A DNA stretch of 64,000 nt from Dehalococcoidia bacterium (lineage in GTDB: Bacteria > Chloroflexota > Dehalococcoidia > UBA2979): NCBI GenBank assembly GCA_965204835.1, contig OZ242017.1, positions 290,336-354,335 on the forward strand. Reading direction: 5' to 3'. The notes under the pieces were generated by a model, which was not told the origin of the DNA, made no database searches, and was given only the letters and a program-made list of their open reading frames with translations. Shown here piece by piece: positions 57,463 through 64,000 of the stretch. Position 1 is the stretch's first letter. Each line of letters starts with the position of its first letter. A program made the position numbers and the translations under genes.

Positions 57463-58962
57463 CTACGGCCCGCAGCCGCGGATGATCAGCGGCTCCTGCC
57501 ACAGGCGGTCGAACTGGAACGAGCCGAGGAACCCCGCGTTCGCCTCGGCGTCGGCTGCGGGGTCGAGCGTGACGTACGTGCCGTCCCACTCGTGGCGGCC
57601 GTTGGCGACGGCGACCGCGCCCGGCGCGCACTCGGTCTCGAGGGCGTGGCGCAGCCGCTCGACGCCGCCCGTGTAGATGGTGAGCGTCTCGGTGCTGCGC
57701 CGCACGTGCGGCTCGAAGTACGTCGGGCGTCCGCAGTAGTCGACGCGCAGCGGGGTCACGTCGAACCCGTCCGGGAAGGCGGCCTCGAAGTCGACGTTGC
57801 GCGGGCTCGGCACCCCGTTCGGCGCGACCCCGTAGGGGATCCATCGCACCTCGCCGGCCTCGTCGTCGACCGTCCCCCAGGCGATGATGCCGCCCGGACA
57901 CTGCGCGCCGAGGATGGTGCGGAACTCCTCGTGCGAGCCGCTGAAGGTGATGAGGCCGGGGCGGATGCCCGCCCACGGCGACCACTCGCCCTCCCCGGCG
58001 AAGTTCCACGCCCGCACGCGGAAGGTGCGCGCCGGCCCGTGGTAGACCACCTCGATGGTGGTCGAGGTTTTGTCGGAGACCAGGGCGACCTCGGAGAAGT
58101 AGTCGTAGCCGAGGAAGTGGTCGATCGCATGGCGGCGCTCCACCTGCTGGAGGAAGATCGGGGAGCCGTTGGCGTCCGGGACCACCCAGCGCAGCCGCAC
58201 CTCGCGAGGGGCGATCCCGAGGATCGTGAGGGACGGCGGTCGCGCGGGCAGGCCGACCTCCTCGCTTGCGACGACCGGCTCGGACCACTCGCTGTCGCCG
58301 GCGAGGTTCCACGAGCGGATCCGGTACGCCTGGCCGGGCTCGTCGAACGGGTTGCTGATCGCGAACGCGAACGTCGTGCTCTCCTTCGGCCACTCGGTGA
58401 AGGCCCACAGGTCGACCACGAGCCGGTGGTCGGAGCCGAAGAGCCGCTGCAGCTCGTAGCGGAACACGGGGCTGCCGTTCTCGGTGGGCGTGCTCCACTG
58501 GATGGTGAGCGACTCGTCGGTGGCAGAGGCGACGGCGAGGTCGGTGATGGCTGCGGGAGGCGCCGCCGGGGCGCCCTGCGCGGGGATGGACCACTCCCCC
58601 GGTCCGGCATCGCTGACGGCGCGCACCCGGTACCAGTAGCGCTGCCCCAGCGTGAGCTCGTAGTCGCGCAGCCCCTTGAAGCGGCCGAACGAGGGGAGGT
58701 CGATCCACTGCTCGCGGTTGTCGCTCCGCTGGACGTCGTACCGGGTGATCGGCTCCCCGTTGTCGGCGGGCTCGGGCCAGCGCAGCACGAGGCTGTCGGG
58801 GCCGCCGATGCTCACGGCGAGGTCCTGCACCCTGCCCGGCGGCGCCGGTGTCTCGGCGGCGACCGCGTCCTCGTCCTCGGCCGCGGCGGGGGCCGCGTGC
58901 ACTCCGAGCCACGCGAGCGTGACGAGGGTGACCGACGTGGCGAGGGCGCGCGTGCGGCTCAC
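57463..58962 (-). CDS. Secreted protein with three FN3-like repeats and a Cys-containing C-terminal domain
   Basis: 499 aa, GTG start. Signal peptide ...LAWLGVHAAPAAA. Three repeats of the type L..W..P..NGSPI..Y...R........Y..RVRA.N..G.GEWS. Confidence 0.7.
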   Translation of the reverse strand: MSRTRALATSVTLVTLAWLGVHAAPAAAEDEDAVAAETPAPPGRVQDLAVSIGGPDSLVLRWPEPADNGEPITRYDVQRSDNREQWIDLPSFGRFKGLRDYELTLGQRYWYRVRAVSDAGPGEWSIPAQGAPAAPPAAITDLAVASATDESLTIQWSTPTENGSPVFRYELQRLFGSDHRLVVDLWAFTEWPKESTTFAFAISNPFDEPGQAYRIRSWNLAGDSEWSEPVVASEEVGLPARPPSLTILGIAPREVRLRWVVPDANGSPIFLQQVERRHAIDHFLGYDYFSEVALVSDKTSTTIEVVYHGPARTFRVRAWNFAGEGEWSPWAGIRPGLITFSGSHEEFRTILGAQCPGGIIAWGTVDDEAGEVRWIPYGVAPNGVPSPRNVDFEAAFPDGFDVTPLRVDYCGRPTYFEPHVRRSTETLTIYTGGVERLRHALETECAPGAVAVANGRHEWDGTYVTLDPAADAEANAGFLGSFQFDRLWQEPLIIRGCGP

Positions 58963-59009
58963 GCTGCCCGGCTCACGCGCTGCCCGCCCTCGATTGCCCG
59001 GAGCGTGAG

Positions 59010-59825
59010 ATGTGCATGGCCATCACACTAACACTACGGCGGGGCGGCCTCGCCGGATGTACCCTCGACGGGGAGGGGTCGATGACCATCGAGTCCCAGC
59101 GTGTGCCGCCCGGCCGTTCGCCCGTGCTCATCGCGCACCGCACCACGATGGGCCTGCGGCCCGAGAACACGATCGTCGGCATCGAGGCAGCCGTCGCGTC
59201 GGGCGTCAACGGCGTCGAGATCGACGTGCGCGCCACGCGCGACGGCGTCGCGGTGCTCATGCACGACGGCTCGCTCGCCCGCACCACGGGCGACGCGAGG
59301 GACGTCGAGGACGTCACGCTCGACGAGCTGCGCGCGCTGCGGGTGCTCGACCCGCACGGTGACGTCGGCCCGCAGCCCATCCCGACGTTCGCCGAGGCGC
59401 TGGCGGCGACGGCTGCCACGCACCTCGTGATCGAGGTGAAGCAGGAGGGCATCGAGGACCTCGTGGCGCGCGCCGTCCGTGACGCGGACGCGCTCGGGCG
59501 CTGCTCGCTGTGCGCGTTCGACGCGGGCGTGTGCGCGGCCGCGGCTGCGGCCATGCCGGGGATGCCGGTCTCGCTCCTCGCCGCGCCGAACCGCGAGCGG
59601 GCCGAGGTGCTGGCGCAGGCCGCCGACCTCGGCCTCGCGGGCGTGAGCCTGCACTTCTCGATGGTCGACGAGCAGCTCGTCGCCGAGGCTCACGACGCGG
59701 GGCTGACGGTGGCGACGTGGACGGTCAACGAGGAGCCCGACGTGCGTCGCATGCACGCCGCGGGCGTGGACCTGATCTGTGGCGACTACCCGGCACGCCT
59801 CGTCGAGGTCGTGCGCGGCGAGTGA
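59010..59825 (+). CDS. Glycerophosphodiester phosphodiesterase family protein
   Basis: VLIAHRTTMGLRPENT and VEIDVRATRDGVAVLMHD motifs. The start may be ATG 59082. Confidence 0.85.
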   Translation: MCMAITLTLRRGGLAGCTLDGEGSMTIESQRVPPGRSPVLIAHRTTMGLRPENTIVGIEAAVASGVNGVEIDVRATRDGVAVLMHDGSLARTTGDARDVEDVTLDELRALRVLDPHGDVGPQPIPTFAEALAATAATHLVIEVKQEGIEDLVARAVRDADALGRCSLCAFDAGVCAAAAAAMPGMPVSLLAAPNRERAEVLAQAADLGLAGVSLHFSMVDEQLVAEAHDAGLTVATWTVNEEPDVRRMHAAGVDLICGDYPARLVEVVRGE

Positions 59826-59846
59826 CGGCCAGGATGGCGCGGGGCG

Positions 59847-60686
59847 CTACTCCAGCGTGAGCGGCGTGTCCTCGCGGTTCGCCCACTCGCCCATCGAGCC
59901 GTCGTAGTTGCGTGCGCGGTCGTTGCCGAGCATGCGCAGGACGAAGGCCGCGAACGCGGCCCTGATGCCACCCTGTCAGTAGGTGACGGTCGCCACCTCC
60001 GGGTCGATCCCCGCGCCCTCGATCAGCTCCCGGATCTCGTCGAGGGGCCGGAAGCGGCGTGACGGCGGCCCCTGCATGAGCCGCAGCCACTCGAGGTGCT
60101 TCGCGCCCGGCACGTGGCCGGCGCGCTGGTTGCCGCGGTCGTTCGAGCCGTCCCACTCGCCGTCGGAGCGCGTGTCCCAGATCTGCGGTGCGTCCGGCGC
60201 GTCGAGGCCAGCCTCGACGATCGCCATAAGCTCGTCGACCGTGCAGTGCGCGCCGCGGTCCACGCGCGCCTCGAACGTCGCGGGCGCGGGGCGCGCGGGC
60301 GCCGAGGTGAGCGGGCGGCCCTCGTGCAGCCAGGCGTTGAGGCCGCCGTCGACGACGCGCACGTCGCGGTGGCCGAAGTGCTCGAAGACCCACCACACGC
60401 GCGCGGCGTGCAGCGAGGCGTTGTCGTCGTAGATGACGACGGGCGTGTCGTTGGAGATGCCGAGGCGGCCCATGAGGGCCTCGAACTCCGGCGGGGTCAT
60501 GACCAGGCGGCTGTTCTCGCGGCCCTTGAGGTAGGGGTGGGGGAGCCCGACGGAGCCGGGGATGTGCGCGCGCCGGTAGGCGACCGCCTCCCCGGCGTCG
60601 ATGAGCGCGAAGTCCGTGCCGACGCCGTCGAGGTGGTCGGCGAGCCAGTCGGTGGTGGTGAGCAGCTCGGACTGCGCGGTCGTCAT
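59847..60686 (-). CDS. Two-domain rhodanese (thiosulfate/3-mercaptopyruvate sulfurtransferase-like) with in-frame UGA (candidate selenocysteine) at the catalytic cysteine
   Basis: ATG 60686 with GAGGAGG SD. ...RRAHIPGS... (domain 1), ...RAGHVPGAKHLEW...DPEVATVTY-[TGA 59978..59976]-QGGIRAAFAAFVLRMLGNDRARNYDGSMGEWANREDTPLTLE, then TAG 59849..59847. The UGA sits where the active-site loop C-x-x-G-x-R-(A/S) starts. The downstream 42 codons are the expected end of a rhodanese domain. Confidence 0.78.
59944..59963 (-). promoter_or_regulatory. SECIS-like hairpin downstream of the rhodanese UGA
   Basis: RNA AGGGCCGC-GUUC-GCGGCCUU: 6 GC pairs plus G-U and A-U closing pairs, GUUC tetraloop. It starts 12 nt after the UGA. 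Folded by eye only. Confidence 0.45.
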
Positions 60687-60804
60687 GGTCGCCTCCTCGT
60701 CGCGTGGAGTACGCGTCAGGCGAGATCATACGCGGCCCTGCCGCTGGCGTCGGGCCGCCTCGGCGTGTCGCGCGGTAGCATGGCGTCGCGTCAGGAGGCG
60801 ACCC

Positions 60805-61644
60805 GTGCGCATCGGCATCTCGCTCCCCGTGCGGGAGCTCCAGAACGACATGGCGGCGATCCGCGACTTCGCGCAGACCGCCGACGACCTCGGCTTCACG
60901 CACCTCCGGGTCCCCGAGCTGCTCATCCGCCCCGGCAGCGGCGAGCTGCACGAGTCGCTCACGCTGCTGAGCTGGGTCGCGGCGGTTACCGCCAGTATCG
61001 AGCTCGTGCCGTCCGTCATCATCCTGCCCGCCCGCCAGACCGTGATGGTCGCGAAGCAGGCAGCCACCATCGACGTGCTGAGCGGCGGCCGGCTCCGCCT
61101 CGGCGTGGGCGTCGGCGGGAGCGCCGAGGAGTACGAGGCGCTGGGCCAGGACTTCCACACGCGCGGCCGCCGCTGCGAGGAGCAGCTCGAGTTGCTGCGC
61201 CTGCTGTGGACGCAGGAGTCCGTGGACTTCGAGGGACGGTGGGACCGCGTCGACGGCGCGGGCGTCAACCCGCTGCCGGTGCAGCGGCCGATCCCGGTGT
61301 GGATCGGGCCCGGCGGCGGCGCGCCCCTCACCGACCGCATGGCGCGCCGCATCGGACGCCTCTCCGACGGCTGGTTCGCGATCGTCCCGCGTGACGACGT
61401 GGCCGCGTCGCACGCGGCCGTCGCCCGCCACGCGGAGGAGGCGGGCCGCGACCCCACCTCGATCGGCGTCGAGGGCGCCGTGCCGGTCGTCGGCCGGGAG
61501 CGGGCGGAGTGGCTCGCGGACATCGAGGCGTGGGCGGGCGCCGGCGCGACGCACCTCTGCCTGCGCACGCTCGGCGGCGGCCTCGACGCGGCGGGCCACC
61601 TCGCCGCGCTGCGCGAGGCGCGTGAGGTGCTGGACTCGCGCTAG
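60805..61644 (+). CDS. Luciferase-like monooxygenase (LLM) family, F420-dependent-type oxidoreductase
   Basis: 279 aa from GTG 60805 (AGGAGG SD). ...LGFTHLRVPE......L..AA.T..I.L...V..LP.R......K..AT.D.LSGGRL.LGVG.G. Confidence 0.78.
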   Translation: MRIGISLPVRELQNDMAAIRDFAQTADDLGFTHLRVPELLIRPGSGELHESLTLLSWVAAVTASIELVPSVIILPARQTVMVAKQAATIDVLSGGRLRLGVGVGGSAEEYEALGQDFHTRGRRCEEQLELLRLLWTQESVDFEGRWDRVDGAGVNPLPVQRPIPVWIGPGGGAPLTDRMARRIGRLSDGWFAIVPRDDVAASHAAVARHAEEAGRDPTSIGVEGAVPVVGRERAEWLADIEAWAGAGATHLCLRTLGGGLDAAGHLAALREAREVLDSR

Positions 61645-61666
61645 GTCCAGGCTGCCGCCGCGGCGC

Positions 61667-62914
61667 CTACGGGCCGCGACCCGCGAAGATCGCGGGCGGG
61701 AACGCGGGCTCGACGTCGTCGGGGATGCCCTCGCGGATCGCGCGCTCCACCGTCTCGGCGGCGAGGTCCACCTCGGCCTCGGTGTTGAAGGCGTGCAGCG
61801 AGAGCCGCACGCTGTTGAACTCCGCCACCGACCGGCACACGACCCGGGCCTCGGCCTGCAGGAAGGCGTTCACGTCGGCCGCCGGCAGGTCGTCGACCAC
61901 GAAGCAGAACAGCCCCGTGCGCGTCGAGTCGTGGCGAGGGCTCACCACGCTCACGCCCTCGATGCGCCCGAAGCGCTGCTCGGCGTAGCGGTTGAGCTCC
62001 TGCGCGCGGGCGAGGACCGCCTCGGGGCCGGAGTCGAGGAACCACTCGGCGGCCTCGAGCGTACCGGCGATGAGCGGCGTCGAGGTCGTCGTGAGCTCGT
62101 ACTTGGTGATGCGCTCGCGCTCCGGCTCGAAGTTGCCCGCGAAGTCGTACGAGGCCGCCGCACGGCCCGCGACCTTCGCCGGCTCGACGAGCGGGATGAG
62201 GTCCTCGCGGATGTAGAGCGCTCCGAGGCCGTCCGGCCCGCACAGCCACTTGTGCGAGGGGATCGCGTAGAAGTCGACGTTCGTCGCGCGCACGTCGATG
62301 GGGATGTGCCCGGCGGTCTGCGCGCCGTCGACCACCACGTGGCCGCCGCGGCGGTGGGTCTCCTCGACGATCGTGCCGAGGGGCAGGAGCTGGCCGGTCG
62401 AGTACGAGATCTCGGAGAGGATGACGAGCTTGATGTTCCCGCTCGCCGCGTCCATCGCCGAGACGAACGACTCCATCGCCGCGCCGGGCGAGTCCTGCGC
62501 GTCGATGGGCACGATGGCCACCTCGCAGCCCGTGCGCTCGCGCAGGTAGTAGGCGGGGACGATGCCGGAGCCGTGCTCGACGTCGGTGGTGACGATGGTG
62601 TCGGCGGAGGTCACCTCGAGGCCGTTGGTGATGACGTTGATGCCCTCGGTGGTGTTGCCGGTGATGGCGATCTCGTCGGGCGATGCGCCGCCGACGAGGC
62701 GGCCCATCACCTCGCGGTAGCGCCCGGCGAGGTCGAAGCGGTCATCGAGGGCGTGGCGGGTGGTCGAACCGTGCATGAGTTCGAGGTCGAGGCGCTGCTG
62801 GACGGCCTCGTGGGTGGCGCGGCGCTTGGGGCCGGAGAAGCCGGAGTTCATGTACGCGTACTCGATGAGTGCGGGCGTGTCGTCGCGCCACGCCTGCCAG
62901 CGCTCGTTGCTCAT
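61667..62914 (-). CDS. Class V aminotransferase-fold PLP enzyme (cysteine desulfurase / selenocysteine lyase-like)
   Basis: 415 aa from ATG 62914. ...ITGNTTEGIN..., ...VVDGAQTAGHIPIDV...DFYAIPSHKWLCGP.G.G.LY (PLP Lys), C-terminal ...VRLSLHAFNTEAEVD. Confidence 0.82.
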   Translation of the reverse strand: MSNERWQAWRDDTPALIEYAYMNSGFSGPKRRATHEAVQQRLDLELMHGSTTRHALDDRFDLAGRYREVMGRLVGGASPDEIAITGNTTEGINVITNGLEVTSADTIVTTDVEHGSGIVPAYYLRERTGCEVAIVPIDAQDSPGAAMESFVSAMDAASGNIKLVILSEISYSTGQLLPLGTIVEETHRRGGHVVVDGAQTAGHIPIDVRATNVDFYAIPSHKWLCGPDGLGALYIREDLIPLVEPAKVAGRAAASYDFAGNFEPERERITKYELTTTSTPLIAGTLEAAEWFLDSGPEAVLARAQELNRYAEQRFGRIEGVSVVSPRHDSTRTGLFCFVVDDLPAADVNAFLQAEARVVCRSVAEFNSVRLSLHAFNTEAEVDLAAETVERAIREGIPDDVEPAFPPAIFAGRGP

Positions 62915-63075
62915 GCAGCCGCCTCCGTCGCATGTCCCGATCGTGGCCCCTCGCGTCCGAGGTGCTCGTGCGAGTCTACCGCGAGCAGGCGCAGTGGGCC
63001 GCACGACGAGCCGCGAGCGGCGGGGGGCGCGGCCCTATGATGGCGGCGAGGCAGTGACGGGTGAGGGAGGCTGGC

Positions 63076-63846
63076 ATGGGCAAGCTCGACGGCAAGGTCG
63101 CGATCATCTCCGGCGCGGCGCGCGGCCAGGGTGAGGCCGAGGCGCGGCTCTTCGCGGAGGAGGGCGCCGCGGTCGTCCTCGGCGACATCCGCGACGACGA
63201 GGGCGAGCAGGCCGCGGCGCGCATTGCCGACACGGGCGGGCAGGCCGTCTACCAGCACCTCGACGTGACCAGCGAGGAGGACTGGGCGGCCGCCGTCGCG
63301 CGCGCGAACAGCGAGTTCGGCGGGCTGCACGTCCTGGTCAACAACGCCGGCATCGGCGGCGCGTCGACGTTCGTCGAGGACACAAGCCTCGAGGACTACA
63401 TGCGCGTCATCAACGTGAACCAGGTCGGCGTGTTCCTCGGCATGCGCGCCGCGATCCCCTCGATCCGCGAGTCCGGCGGCGGCTCGATCGTGAACATCTC
63501 CTCGACCGCCGGGCTCGAGGGCGTGCCGACGCTCGCGGCGTACGGGTCGAGCAAGTGGGCGGTGCGAGGGCTGACGAAGGTCGCGGCGATGGAGCTCGCG
63601 GGTGATGGCATCCGGGTCAACTCGGTCCATCCGGGCCCCATCGACACGCCGATGCTGCGGGGCGCGAACATCCCGATGGACAACTGGGGCAGGTCGGTGC
63701 CGCTCGCCCGCGTCGGCACCGTCGACGACATGGCCTCGCTGCTGCTGTTCCTCGCCTCGGACGAGAGCTCGTTCTGCACGGGGACGGAGTTCGTGATCGA
63801 CGGCGGGATGACGGCCGGGCGGCCGTTCCGGCGACGGCGGAGCTAA
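63076..63846 (+). CDS. Short-chain dehydrogenase/reductase (3-alpha/20-beta-HSD-like)
   Basis: 256 aa from ATG 63076. GKVAIISGAARGQGEA (TGxxxGxG-type), NNAG, catalytic S...YGSSK. Confidence 0.9.
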   Translation: MGKLDGKVAIISGAARGQGEAEARLFAEEGAAVVLGDIRDDEGEQAAARIADTGGQAVYQHLDVTSEEDWAAAVARANSEFGGLHVLVNNAGIGGASTFVEDTSLEDYMRVINVNQVGVFLGMRAAIPSIRESGGGSIVNISSTAGLEGVPTLAAYGSSKWAVRGLTKVAAMELAGDGIRVNSVHPGPIDTPMLRGANIPMDNWGRSVPLARVGTVDDMASLLLFLASDESSFCTGTEFVIDGGMTAGRPFRRRRS

Positions 63847-63876
63847 GCCGAGCCGCAGCGGCGGCGAGGGATAGCG

Positions 63877-63900
63877 AAGGGCCCCCGTGAGGGGGCCCTT
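63877..63900. terminator. Bidirectional terminator hairpin between convergent genes
   Basis: AAGGGCCCCC-GTGA-GGGGGCCCTT, a perfect 10-bp stem between the SDR stop and the next minus-strand stop. Confidence 0.6.
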
Positions 63901-63924
63901 GCCATGTGACTCCGGACGGGGCCG

Positions 63925-64000
63925 TTAGTCGTTGAAGTACATCTCGTACTCGAACGGGGTGGGCCGCTGGGCCTGCTCGGACTCCTCGGAGCGCTTGAAC
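63925..64000 (-). CDS. C-terminal fragment of a second glutamine synthetase-like gene (runs off the 3-prime edge)
   Basis: Minus-strand reading ...FKRSEESEQAQRPTPFEYEMYFND, then TAA 63927..63925. It resembles the GS-I tail ...HP.EF.LYY. Only 24 codons are visible. Confidence 0.45.
   Translation of the reverse strand, partial: FKRSEESEQAQRPTPFEYEMYFND

Noticed and set aside
56336-58912. 858-aa version of the CapA-like ORF, and the 996-aa ORF 28064-31054
   Set aside because: In both cases only the C-terminal part has protein-like sequence. The long N-terminal parts are out-of-frame reads across the real upstream genes (the FN3 protein and secA).
60687-60804. Repeated GCGTCAGG motif in the rhodanese/LLM divergent region as an operator
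   Set aside because: There are two 8-nt copies with no symmetry or phasing that I could interpret. This is too weak to call.

Overview
High-GC (about 70% by eye) bacterial chromosomal segment, mostly core genes. From the left it holds the end of the spc/alpha ribosomal cluster (secY-adk-map-infA-rpmJ-rpsM-rpsK-rpsD-rpoA-rplQ-truA-rplM-rpsI) and a GDP-mannose pair. Next come a tightly coupled methionine-salvage/activated-methyl-cycle operon (mtnA-HNH-mtnP-GNAT-ahcY-metK), plsX, a csoR/trxA redox locus and groES-groEL with a CIRCE operator. Further right are prs-secA, valS, an 11-gene nuoABCDHIJKLMN operon lacking nuoEFG, glnA, and assorted hydrolases, VOC proteins, secreted FN3/LRR proteins and toxin-antitoxin modules. 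The main result is evidence for selenocysteine decoding. A well-formed tRNA-Sec (selC, anticodon UCA, 24932-25028) lies in the same window as two genes the ORF track truncates at an in-frame TGA. In both, the TGA falls exactly on a catalytic cysteine and the frame stays open downstream. One is a homolog of the ferredoxin:thioredoxin reductase catalytic subunit (motif CPC-x16-CAC-x8-CH-[TGA], 20344-20787, minus). The other is a two-domain rhodanese (active-site loop [TGA]-QGGIRA, 59847-60686, minus). Each TGA is followed by a SECIS-like hairpin. Other observations: selC sits inside a family of about 100-nt repeats that duplicate the 3-prime end of the upstream gene. A relBE cassette is bracketed by a duplicated valS 3-prime end. 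A CsoR box lies within two overlapping face-to-face promoters. An HNH endonuclease is embedded in the methionine-salvage operon, and ribosomal protein L13 carries a C-terminal HeH/Rho_N-like extension. There is also an internally duplicated FN3-LRR secreted protein and a pair of tandem small tail-anchored paralogs in a lower-GC island. All homology calls come from reading motifs by eye; no database search or RNA folding was run. Many long ORFs in the track are antisense or out-of-frame artefacts of high GC content and were not called.
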